Origin: Lytechinus pictus
Lineage: Eukaryota
Assembly (NCBI RefSeq): GCF_037042905.1
Contig: NC_087247.1
Location: forward strand, 10,974,001 to 11,038,000
Reading direction: 5' to 3'
Length of the DNA: 64,000 bases
The translations under genes were made by a program, and so were the position numbers. The notes beneath the pieces are model-generated. The model was given only the letters and a program-made list of their open reading frames with translations. It was not told the DNA's origin and searched no databases. This document shows positions 52,110-64,000 of this stretch, piece by piece (within the stretch, counting starts at the first letter, position 1; each line of letters begins with the position of its first letter).

Positions 52110-53862
52110 GAGGAAACCTTGTTATTCCATAAAAGCATCATTACATGCTTCACAATAAGTACAAAAGCCATAGCCTGAAGTGTTACCTGAAGTGTCCATA
52201 TGGATGCTTGATTAATTTAATCTATTTTCAATTTATTTTATTCATTTCAATTTTCAAATATTGATTTAAATCTAAAAATATACGTCATAATACAAAACAG
52301 AATGAACATCATACAAAAATACTTCAATTATGAATGACTTTTTAAGAAAAATTATGAATAAATAAATTGTATCGACACACATTTTGATAATTAAACAATT
52401 TACAGATTATAATTAACATATGAAAATGAAAATGAGGGACTTATTCCTATGTGACACAGAGGTTTGGAATAAAGATTAAAGATTTAGCTGCAAGGGAAAA
52501 ATATTTTTTAGATCCTGAATAAAGTAAAACAATCCCTTTAAAGATATTGGATGAACATCTTTAATCCCTTGACTACTGTACTCTGTAATTCCAAAGGCTT
52601 CGTACAGGGATCACCAACTTCCAGTGCTGGTTTAACACCTTGACTATTGAATCCTGTAATTCACATAGGCTTTGTACAGAGACCACCCGATTCCATAAGG
52701 CAATGGGTTGGTGTCAAACATCCTACCAAAAAAAAGGCTCTCCTCAACTTAATCTCACGCTCCTCCATTTATTTTCCAAATCTCTCCTATAGAGAATGAA
52801 ATGAATTGGATGGGACAAGAGATTTCCTCCCATACTGAAATTGTGAATCACGACCGTACACCCATTTCCTACATGAACTAGATCCGTGTGCACCAAAGCA
52901 GTCTGTATTCTGTGCATGCCTGTGGGTGTGGCTGACCAGGTATATCCTCTAGCCTCAATTAAAGTTCACTTCCAGGACAGAGATACTAGTAGCGTGCTCA
53001 AAAATGACAAACCTCCCTGGTCCAGAGCACTAACAAAAACAAAAAACACACATACACCAAAAAAAATCTTACAGGGTATTTTGGGGGAAAAAAAGTTGTA
53101 TTATCATATATCCTGCCAGGGGCATTGTTTCCCGGTCAGAATGTATCATTGTTGCAGACAAAGAGCATATCAATCAAATCCATATGTTTTTATTATGCAA
53201 ATGTATCACAAACTTGGCAATTTCACCACTGCTACAAAATGACATGTATATGTAGCCAAAATGTAAGAAGAGCTGTCCTGAATTGTTTTGGATTGGCACT
53301 GCAGTGTCATCTTCACTGACGAAAATGCATTTAAAAATGCAACAATGAATACGATTTCTTTAATGACAACAGCGAAATAGAATATATCACTATTTATTCA
53401 AAATAATTTGCAAGTTTTCAAAAGATTCTGGGTTATATTCTTGTCCTCATGGGGAAACCACCATTACTTTTAATGTCCTTGTTTGAAGAGTTTAGAAATA
53501 GAGTGAAACGGTTTCACAAAATACTGATGTTATCAATCCATGGAAAATTAGCAAAGTACTTTCTGATACCATCACACTTTCTAGAGCAACATCCCGCCGA
53601 AACATCACAAGCTGCAGACATACGGAAATGTGTAGGAGTTCACAAAACCCAAATTTAACCGAACCTTTTCAAGAGGAAAATGAGGCTATCATTGAAACCG
53701 TTGTCCGCCTTTAACATGCGGCATACCGGTGTACAGGATATTACCCTTGTCATATTTTCATCCAAATCGATGTTGGTGAAAATGGATGGCATTACTATGC
53801 CAAGGCCAATATGAAGTGAAGGGAATTACCAAATCGTTCTTTTGTCATCCCTGATCAATTTA

Positions 53863-54255
53863 AGGGGAGAATTCATGAAACATATAAGTAATTTCCAGGC
53901 CTATATAAGCTACTGAAATCCTTGCATCTGACTGGCTCAGAGTGAATTTGTCATTGAAAATCACAGACAAGATGTTTCATGAAACACGCCTGGGCCGCAT
54001 CTTACAAAGAGTTACTATTGATCCGATTAATCTCAAGTATATGGAAATCCATCAATGTCATAATTTTTCTTTAGGAAATTTGCTCAATGTCCTTTGAAAA
54101 CAAAGAGAAGCATACTGAATTGTCAAGAAAACAGCGAATATATGAATGAACATCATTTCTAAAAAATATTTTGTAATTTTAGATGTAGACATTGCCGGCT
54201 TTCCATAGTTGCGATTGATCAGATCAATCGCAACTCTTTGTAAGACGGGGCCCTG
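53863..54255. mobile_element. Two abutting MITEs (53863-53990 and 53990-54255)
   Basis: ttcatgaaacat / atgtttcatgaa, then CTGggccgcatcttacaaagagtt / aactctttgtaagacggggccCTG. Confidence 0.8.
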
Positions 54256-54390
54256 ATCACCAGTGGCATTAGACAACCATGCTTATTTTGAGTAATCCTT
54301 ACTGAAAATATGCTATGCTTCATAACCCAGTGATGTATCATAAGTTAGTACGCATGACATTTATAGAAACTGTTCCATTCAGTGATGTAG

Positions 54391-54982
54391 TTAAAGGAGA
54401 ATGAAACCCTTGAAACCAGCTGAATCCATATCAAAGAGAAAAATCAAAGAAACATATTGTTGAAAGTTTGAGGAAGATTGAATGAATAATAAGAAAGTTA
54501 TGAGCATTTGAATATCGAGATCACTAATGCCATGTAGTTCCTCCCATTGACAATGCGACCAAGATCTGTGATGTCACACACGTACAACTACCTCATTACT
54601 TTAGTACTTATTTCACTTATATTCTCACTTTTATAGAGTCTATCACAAGGTGAGGTGTTCTCTTTATGAGAGGACAAGTACAGAGGTTTCACAACATTAT
54701 ATCATTGATGAATCGTTTGTCATATGATTAGAATGAGCAAAAAGAGATGTTTTGGGGTTTATTTTCAGTGTCCAAAAGGGGAGAGTTGTTCATCTGTGAC
54801 ATCATAGATCTTGGTCGCATTGCCAATGGGAGGATCTCCATAGCATTAGTGATCTCGACATTCAAATGCTCATAACTCTTCTATTGCTAGTCCTATTTTA
54901 CTCAAACTATTGTTGATCTTATTCTTTGATTTGTCTGCTTTCACAAAAGCTAACTTGCTCCAAGAGTTTCATTCTCCTTTAA
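54391..54982 (+). mobile_element. Young TTAA-flanked MITE, copy 2
   Basis: Near-identical to 51518-52109, same orientation. Confidence 0.95.
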
Positions 54983-55181
54983 AATACATAGTTTTAGAGA
55001 TACTAGCAGCATGCATATTCATAAGTTTTTTTATGGAGAAAAACTAGAGTGCACGTAAAAATGTACATTGGTTTCATCAAAATCATGTTTTAAAATTGAT
55101 TTGTTTTTCAAATTTTACATTTTATGTTCCCATTTCTAATACCGTCACATCCACCCTTCCCCTCCTCATACAATATATCAT

Positions 55182-55781
55182 TTAAAGGAGAATGAAACTC
55201 TTGGAGCAAGTTAGCTTTTGTGAAAGCAGAAAAATCAAAGAATAAGATCAACAAAAGTTTGAGCAAAATAGGACTAGCAATAGAAGAGTTATGAGCATTT
55301 GAATGTCGAGATCACTAATGCTATGGAGATCCTCCCATTGGCAATGCGACCAAGATCTATGATGTCACAGATGAACAACTCTCCCCTTTTGGACACTGAA
55401 AATATACTCCAAAACATCTCTTTTTGCTCATTCTAATCATATGACAAACGATTCATCAATGATATAATGTTGTGAAACCTCTGTACTTGTCCTCTCATAA
55501 AGAGAGCACCTCACCTTGTGATAGACTCTATAAAAGTGAGAATATAAGTGAAATAAGTACTAAAGTAATGAGGGAGTTGTACGTATGTGACTGTGTGACA
55601 TCACAGATCTTGGTCGCATAGCCAATGGGAGGATCTACATGGCATTAGTGACCTCAATATTCAAATGCTCATAACTTTCTTATTATTCATTCAATCTTTC
55701 TCAAACTTTCAACAATATGTTTCTTTGATTTTTCTCTTTGATATGGATTCAGCTGGTTTCAAGGGTTTCATTTTCCTTTAA
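55182..55781 (-). mobile_element. Young TTAA-flanked MITE, copy 3 (inverted)
   Basis: Reverse complement of copies 1 and 2, with an 8-bp internal duplication near 55585. Confidence 0.95.
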
Positions 55782-58589
55782 TTATTTGTGTAGAGAACTG
55801 ACCAAAATTGAAATCTGAAGCGTTAAATTTAGTTCCAAGGGTTGACAAATGCAAAATAAATTATTTCAATTTCAGTATTTCACAGGTTGGTTAAATGCAG
55901 AAAAATGCACCCTGAAGACTTCACATGATAATAAATTGATATCAATTTATCTGTGTGTATTTGGGTATTTTCACTATTTTGTTGCATAAAAATTACATAT
56001 TCACCACTCGTCACAGACATGATGGTATTTGGGGCGCTGAATTTATTGAGCAAAACCAATATGGCCCCTGAAATTGGATTGTTTTCAAACAGGCTAAAAC
56101 TGCCAATGTTTTACTGATCTATTGATTATAGTTATTGATTGATTGATTGCATTTATTCTTTTTCATTCCAAAATTTAACAAAAGTTACAATATATAGCAA
56201 AACATAAAAGTATAATATACAGAAATGAAAAAAGGGAACCCACTGGAAAGCAAAGCTTGTTAGTATGGGTTCCCTGCAATAAATAGTTAATTAAAGTATA
56301 TCTTTGATCAATGAAATTCAAATCGTAAATTAAAAAGGTTTGTACAATGAAAAAGAATACTAGTGGGGTCAAGCTTTTTATGCCTACTATGTTACAATTA
56401 ACAAAAAATATTATATCATATATACCCCTGCTGTATAAAAAAAAACATGAGTTCAGGAGTGTGTGAACAGACAATCACTTGGACAAGACAGGACAAAAAC
56501 TAAAAGCAAAACAAAGACAAAAACAAAAAAGGCACACAAACAAAAACAAAAAAAGACAAGACAGAAAAAAAAGGAAAAGAAACAAAACAAAACAATAATA
56601 ACAATATAAAGTAGATAACTGTTGTTTGCTTCAGGTTTTTGCAAATTATTTGATTGATATGTCGTTTTTATGATGTTATTGTACTTCTGGTAGTTATTAC
56701 ACTTTGTTGTTACAATGTTTTTATCTTATAATAGGACCCCATTGGAAATAAGCCATTCAACTTTCATGTTTCAGGTTATCCTGTCAAGGTGTTCTTCCCA
56801 CTTATTGTGTCTTATATCCTGTGATATTCTTGACATATGAAATCGATCAATCAATATTTTTAAACCTTTTGGGACAGTGACTGAATGACTGCAAGATTGT
56901 TTCGATATTCCTGATCTCAAAAGATCTTACAATGAACTGGCAGACACATTTCTCTATAGTAATTAAAGAGCTTATGTGTTTATTTTGCACTTATCCAATA
57001 TTGACTTACTTTTTTTTTGTCTAAATCTAGTTTGACTTCTGATAAAGTAGATAAAGCAAGAGTAAGGTGCTATGCTATAAAAGTACATTATGCAAGGATA
57101 AATAAATAAATAAATGTGAAGTTAGGATTAGTAAAACATTCTTGTTATAATTATTTGATATCCTTTCTCAATAATCAAAGCTAAAAGCTATATAACTTTA
57201 CTGAATGATGAAAACAATTATAATAACATAAATATGATAAAAAATCATTCCATTGTAACTATTTGATATCATTTCTCAATAAAGCTAAAAGCTATAGAAC
57301 TTTTGAATGGAGAAAAATATGAAAATATTCAAAGTAACAACAATGATGATAATAGTAACACAAATATAATAAAAAACATAAAATTATATCATTAATATTT
57401 ACAATCATTAAAACAAATGTTATTATTGTAAAAAATGATTTATCATTAATGATGGCTATATTTATATTGCTATTATTACCTAAATGTCTTGTAACTTGAA
57501 AAAATATTTTGTATGATTTTTTTTACTAGTTTGATTTTAATACAAGCTCAAATCTTGCAAACAGGGATGGAGAATAGAATCTAAAAATATTTATTTAATA
57601 GTAAGTTTGTTGAGTAATCAAGCAGAGTGAACAAACATTTTTTTTTTTAGATAAAAACTTTTCAATCTGATAGTAAATTTTATTTCCATTCATGCTCAAT
57701 TTTATACTTTTTTTTTCTTTTTATGAGATAAGAATGTTGATCTGTAAAATAGTATCTGTTTTATATTACTTTGTATTATGTTTGAATGGAAATGAAATAA
57801 AGAATTAAATTGAATTGACAACAGTTTTCACAAATATAAGTATTGGGAACTAAAATACTGGTAAATAATAATTAAAAACAAACACTAGATTGGTAACTGT
57901 AGTTCGAGAACAAAATAGTTCAATCTCAGAGGGGAAAATAAAAACAGAAAATAGCAAATTAAATACAGATCTTAGTTACTGACATCAGGACAATGCTGTG
58001 GATAGCGCTTCAGTAATTTACATATAACTGACCAAGGCAAACAAGATTAAATGGGCATTGATTACAGCCAGCTTATGGGCTGTATTTAGACCAGAGAGAT
58101 TACAATGGCCTTGTCCTCAGCTAAGGTCAACTTCAGAAGGCCAGCCGTCTCCACTCACTGACCACTCCACTATTGTTCTCTGTGTAACAATAATGCCAGG
58201 CTGTGCAAATTATGCACACAATTATGACAAGTCGAGAGCCACTAAAAAATCCAAACGTTGTGCAACTAGTGGACAATTGTGTCCGGTTTTTTTTTCTTCA
58301 TTTTTGTTTGTTTACTGTTTCTTTTGCGTTCAAAGGATACTTCTTATAGTAGAATTTATATAAGGAGTGTCGTAAAGCAGTCAGCGATCGTAAGCGACAC
58401 CTACCTAGCTACCATGCTGTGCTGTGAAAGGGGCCGGGCATCAGCGGCCCAGGCAGGAAAACACCACTCCTCCTCCATTTGTGGGCTTCGGGGTTACCCT
58501 ATGAAACCGCGCGGGATGCCATAGATTTTTGCTGTCGTCTGCATGGGCTTACATTTGAAGCAAAGAAAACATGAATTTTTGACACTCAC

Positions 58590-59110
58590 CTAACTATCGG
58601 AGATAAACCCTAAAGCTGATTCGAATCGTCTGGCTCGTTGAATTAGCAAAGGAAACTGTGGATAGTGTAAATTTAGCATTCGACACTGCTCTCACAAGTT
58701 AGAATTCGGGGGTATCCGTCGATCGGCAAACTCGATTCGTACAATCTTCGGGCGAACGAGCCGTAAACACGGTCGAGCTCGCTTGCGAATTGCTTGAGTT
58801 AATCGTAGCTAGCTAGCGAGATATCGAGCAAGCCTGATTGAGTCGAGTTCAGGGTCAGGTATACTTTTTTTCGAAGGCGGTATCGACTGTTGTTGTTAGG
58901 ATATGGTATCAATGTGTACAGTCAAATCCTTCCTTTCGATACAACAGTATCACATGAAATCGATCAATTCTAACTTCATAACTGAGAGCAAGATCTTCTC
59001 CCGAGGTATGACATCTGCTCTGGCGAATCATCCCAATCCTAGAACATATTTATGGATACAGCAGACCGAACACCCCTGTTGCTCGAATGGACGCCACCAA
59101 TTTGCACATG
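58590..59110 (-). promoter_or_regulatory. Candidate main promoter and non-coding first exon of a minus-strand gene
   Basis: Most CpG-dense unique stretch by eye; consensus donor TTAG|GTGAGT at 58590/58589; Inr-like TCAGTT at 58985-58980; CCAAT at ~59097. Confidence 0.55.
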
Positions 59111-59920
59111 CGGTTTCGTTGTACCTACGAAGAACTAGGTCGAGTTCAGCATCGCTACAAGTTCACATAAATTTAACCAACGTCGCACGGTTGGGTGGAA
59201 AGGAGGTAAAAGTGATTGCGATTGATTGATACGATAAAAAGTTTTGACACCTAATATTATTGTTAAGATGTTCAGACAAAAAAGCACTTCTCCATTTCTG
59301 TGCAAGCTGTATTTATTATGGCAGGAAATATTGCTACTAAATTAATAGGCCTACATGCGGGACAGTGGGGACCCGGAAAGGACCTGTTTAATGATTAATT
59401 TATGATTATTTTCAAACTTAATTGCATTTTAACCAAAATCGCATCACACGGGTTAGAATAAATTGTATTTAATAGAGGCGTTGAAATTGAACTATTGGGG
59501 GCAAACTTATCGATTTGCCCACCCCATAATGATAACTTGAAAAAATCTTAATACGCAATGAAAGTATGTAAAAGTATGATAAAGCATTGAACTTGACATA
59601 ACAATACTATTACTAGTATATAAAAGTAATATTTTCACACTTTTATCGCTTTTGGTGATATTCCAGATTAAACATTCAAAAACTGTAGGGGGGAAGGTAG
59701 TGGAACAGTTCACGCTAAAAAGGGTGTAATCAACCTCTTTTTCAGAAGGTCCGAGGAATGACCACAATATCCAAGATTCCTTTTAGCTTTAGAAACTTTT
59801 ATGTGAGCGTTTGTATCATTAACTTGGGACATAACCTGTAGATATGTTTCTTTATTTGTTAATATTTAATTTCTTCCTTTTTAAGTACAGGCAATATTTC
59901 CAGTTGACTGCACACAAAGA

Positions 59921-59974
59921 TTATTGTTGTTATTATTATTATGATTATGATTATTGTTATCATGATTATTGTTA

Positions 59975-60011
<37 letters not shown>

Positions 60012-60600
60012 CATCATCATCATCATCATATTCATCATCATTATTATTATTATCCTCAGCAATTGTAATAGTTATTGTTNNNNNNNNNNNNNNNNNNNNN
60101 NNNNNNNNNNNNNNNNNNNNNNNNNNNNNNNNNNNNNNNNNNNNNNNNNNNNNNNNNNNNNNNNNNNNNNNNNNNNNNNNNNNNNNNNNNNNNNNNNNNN
60201 NNNNNNNNNNNNNNNNNNNNNNNNNNNNNNNNNNNNNNNNNNNNNNNNNNNNNNNNNNNNNNNNNNNNNNNNNNNNNNNNNNNNNNNNNNNNNNNNNNNN
60301 NNNNNNNNNNNNNNNNNNNNNNNNNNNNNNNNNNNNNNNNNNNNNNNNNNNNNNNNNNNNNNNNNNNNNNNNNNNNNNNNNNNNNNNNNNNNNNNNNNNN
60401 NNNNNNNNNNNNNNNNNNNNNNNNNNNNNNNNNNNNNNNNNNNNNNNNNNNNNNNNNNNNNNNNNNNNNNNNNNNNNNNNNNNNNNNNNNNNNNNNNNNN
60501 NNNNNNNNNNNNNNNNNNNNNNNNNNNNNNNNNNNNNNNNNNNNNNNNNNNNNNNNNNNNNNNNNNNNNNNNNNNNNNNNNNATCAACAACAAGAACATT
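59921..60600. repeat. (ATT/ATC)n microsatellite next to assembly gap 60080-60582
   Basis: Visible directly in the sequence. Confidence 0.95.
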
Positions 60601-60807
60601 TCTCATCGTTTTCTGGGTGTTTTTGTAGAACGGGTCACATCATGTTCATTAATTATGGGATCAAAATCATTCAAAACATATATAAAATTTGCATTAATAT
60701 TTAATTGGTACGCATGTACATCTTGTGAAGGTGGCAAGGTTCATAATTTTCATAGAATAATTACCGGGCATGAATACTGTTTACACTACCACATGCAGAT
60801 ACTCTAT

Positions 60808-61620
60808 GGGCCTTTTCACACGTGAATCTTAAATCATTATTGTAATGATGATTGCAATTCGTCTTTAGAATCATCGGACCTTTCACACGCTCACTCGAAA
60901 ACTGTGATTTGAATTCGAATTCCCGAGCGAAGGTAGTCTGCTGTGCAAACCCTTCACTCGAGTTAAGGGTCTGAATGTGCAGCCTACTCATGCCTTGTGT
61001 ACTGAAGGCCCTCTCGCTCAACAGCAAGTTTTGTATGTGCTAGTCTTTGTGTGGAGACACACTTGCTGATCAAAGTTTCAATCAGGGCCTGTGCCTGCAG
61101 ACTAGAGCGAAGGCGGTATACAGTGCCCTTGGTGACTTGTCAATCAAAGCACGGCGTTGCAAATGCAAACTACGATGAGTGCATGACAATTGTATTATCT
61201 ACGGAAGTGGCTTGACATGTCAAGTAAGCTCCGCCCCCAAAGATGTTTTGGAGGTCAAGCCTTTCACACGCAAAATTCGTATCGTAATTTTAATTCACCT
61301 TCTGAGTAGAATTTGAATTCGTGATTGTGATTAGCGTTCGTGATTCTAATCTTGTTCTAGTTTGGTTTCACACGTGCTAAAAATTCGTCATTAGCCTAAT
61401 ATGTTTCACTGGAATCATCATTCAAATTACGAAAAAAAATTCACCGTTTGAAAGGGCGGAACATCTCGCTGTACCAAAACAACACACTCTTCATTCCTTC
61501 TAAACACTGTTAATGCCAATTCTAAATGATCCATGACATCATTCCAGCATTTCCCTCTTCTTCTTTTACTTGAAGGGTGAAAATTGGTTATTGCTATTTC
61601 TAAGGGCATGAACGGGCCCC
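60808..61620. mobile_element. Degenerate Harbinger-like non-autonomous element
   Basis: gggccttttcacacg start, repeated tttcacacg motifs, catgaacgggccc end. Confidence 0.55.
61041..61104 (+). mobile_element. 64-bp TAGTCT...AGACTA mini-element, nested
   Basis: Matches 51420-51483; flanks GTGC/GAGC. Confidence 0.75.
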
Positions 61621-61786
61621 AAATGGGGGATTAAACACGCGATACATTCTCATTTGTCTCAATAATGATGGATACCAATATTTTGATGGCGTACTGTATG
61701 TCTATATACGGAGCTTTCGCCACAGTCACGTGGAGCAAGGGACGTCCACTCCCTCTGATATTTCATCATGGAGTGAAAAACAAAGA

Positions 61787-62119
61787 ATGATAATAGCCAA
61801 TTTTTATATAGCGCTTTTCCCAGAATAGCTCTTAGCGCTTTTACAGCTTATTATTACCCCGGTCATTGGATTCATTTTCAATCCCACACGAAAAGTGCAC
61901 AATTTCCACTCCCTGGGGAGCATTCCTTGCATTCATCGCAGCCTCATTATGGCGCTGGCAAATTCAAACATACAATATCTTTCGCATCCTACCGGGTACC
62001 CATTTAGCACCTGGGTCGAGAATGACAAAGTGTGGATTAACGCCTTGCCAAATGACGCTAGACCGCGGTCGGATTCGAACACACGACCCTCTGTTTACAA
62101 GGCGAGAGTCAGAACCACT
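61787..62119 (-). mobile_element. tRNA-derived SINE
   Basis: Minus-strand B box gtgttcgaatcc; body cccaggtgctaaatgggtacccgg; tail aagcgctatataaaaattggctattatc. Confidence 0.85.
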
Positions 62120-62628
62120 AAAGAATTCAAGAAAATTAAACATGATGTCACAGATAAGAAGAGTGTAAAAAACATAATAGAAATTGCAGTCATGTAACTC
62201 TTTACTACCCCTACTGTTCTATCTACAAAATGACGTCATCTTTTGGGAGTCCCCTAATACCATCGCGCCACATTTGCCCTTGTCATTGAAAATCTTTCCG
62301 AACGAGAACAAAAGAGAAAGAGAAGAAATAGAAGCAGAGGAATCAATCATTTTCAAGGAATACATGATGGGCCAACATTAGCCAGGTGATTTTTTTTTCA
62401 ATTTGAATAATTTGCAAGTTTTACAAAAAATAATAGACGATTCTTTTATGCTCTTCTATCCTTTCTCGGGTTTTTTTCTGGTAAACTCTGTGTTCTTGCA
62501 ACAATCTCTGCTTTCATCACAGTGCATGCAGTTCTGTTATTTTTTTTTCCGAGCCCGCTTTCACCCGTTCCACTGCTTCAGCTGTTAATCCCTTGTGCAT
62601 AACCAATTGCTATATTCAATAATAAAAT

Positions 62629-62920
62629 AATTATCATTCTTGCTTATAGATTGCTTAATACCTCTATACCAGAAAGAAGTCTCTAAGCGCTCTTCAATAA
62701 TGCATAATTACCCGATATTTACCTGGGCTATACTGTAACGCGCCAAAGCACACCAAGGAATAAATTCCTGCTAGGTATACACATTTAGCTCACCTGGGTT
62801 GAGTGCAGCACAATTAGCGTAGATCACTTTCTTGTCGAAGGAAATTACGCTATGCCTGGGATTCGAACCCACGACCCTCTGATTCAAAGTGCGGAGACTT
62901 ATCCACTGGGCCACGACGCT
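62629..62920 (-). mobile_element. tRNA-derived SINE
   Basis: Minus strand agcgtcgTGGCCCAGTGG...gGGTTCGAATCCc (A and B boxes); body tgctgcactcaacccaggtgag. Confidence 0.85.
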
Positions 62921-64000
62921 ATACACAAGCTTTACTTTAGGTCCCAACGCCTTGAAAGTAGCGCTTTAACTAAATATATTTACTGGATTTTTCTTCCACT
63001 ACCAGTATATCAGAACGTGTTGCTTGTTAGTATTTTATTCTTTTGTGGAAACATAATGAGATAATAAACCAGACAATGATTGATTTACACATTGAAATGA
63101 TCTACTAAACAGAATAATTTTTTTTTAATTTGCAAACTAATGTTTAACAAACACTTGCACAATCGTATGCAATTAAATTCAACAATCGTAATAATTAGTT
63201 TTTTCCCCTACCTTCAAACTAGATAGGCTGATAAAAGGCAACAGTTCTTGGGTAACAGCTACATAATGATAACAATAAAAAATGGTTCAATATGGAAATT
63301 TTGTATTAAAGAAATAAAAACAAAGAAATAATTGTTATTATTATCCCCCAAATTAATGTCAGCGTGCAAAGAGTGAACATATAACAGTTCATGACAAATT
63401 GTTATCAATTAGCTTGTTTCTAAATCCTAAATATGAAATTAAAATCACGTGTGCGATAAGCGTAATGAGGACAACAAGAGAAAAAATAGGGGTCCAGACA
63501 TGGCATATGAGGCGAAATTTCTGAAAAGCTTCGAGCGAGCAAAGCCAGGGAGCTAACATGTTGTCTTTTCAATGCAAAAAATCTATTTGTGATTTGATAT
63601 ACTAATCAGAAAACAATATCATTCCTACTTCCTTTTGTTGATCCCCTTTTTTCTTCTCGGTCATTTATTTATTTTATTTTTTTTTTTGGGGGGGGGGGTC
63701 CATGGCCCCAAGTCTCCCTCCAATCTGTACGTTAGTGACAGGTGCTAGAATACGAAACGATTAAATAAAACAAATCCCAAATCGGAAAAATATAGACCTA
63801 TCAAAATGAAGAGTAGATTGAAGCGACCCTCTCTTTTACGCCTACTTTAATTTTCCGAGGGGGGGGGGTGTTGGGGTGTATATCATGTGGGCAGAAGAGT
63901 AGAGCGCTTTTTAAAGCATTTTATATAGTTATAGACCAGTATCCAGCAGCAGGTTAGCTTGCGAGCGACCGCGATTTAACTATGGAGAGAACTCGGTATA

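Noticed and set aside
59844-60825. Long ORFs of up to 294 aa
   Set aside because: Artefacts of (ATT)n and the ~500-N assembly gap
1-64000. Autonomous transposase/RT gene or a novel multi-gene system
   Set aside because: No long, complex ORF on either strand; all mobile elements seen are non-autonomous

Overview
AT-rich animal genomic DNA. Its repeat families resemble those of echinoderms, most likely a sea urchin; this is inference from family resemblance and was not checked against a database. There are two assembly gaps (39905-40076, 60080-60582). I cannot support any complete protein-coding region: the ORF track consists of repeat-, microsatellite- or N-derived frames. Most of the window is interspersed repeats: tRNA-derived SINEs, TTAA-flanked Kolobok-like MITEs, CWG-flanked Harbinger-like MITEs, hAT-like and Merlin-like MITEs, and Helentron-associated (HINE/Tsp-like) elements with internal ~160-bp tandem units. 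There are also three local tandem arrays (~225, ~107 and ~177 bp units). Between the repeats lie CpG-richer unique islands that look like cis-regulatory modules. Two of them (~16.1-16.35 kb and ~58.6-59.1 kb) end in strong minus-strand splice donors. The simplest reading is the 5' end of a large minus-strand gene (long introns, non-coding or very short first exons, probably alternative promoters) whose main coding exons lie left of the window; I cannot name the gene. I see no convincing new biological system. The best leads are a TCF-helper-TCF Wnt element, a Pbx-Hox/Meis module, a ~600-bp inverted MITE pair, a 64-bp TCF-site-carrying mini-element, MITE chaining and nesting, and TACATGTA/TAGGCCTA palindromes that look like excision footprints.
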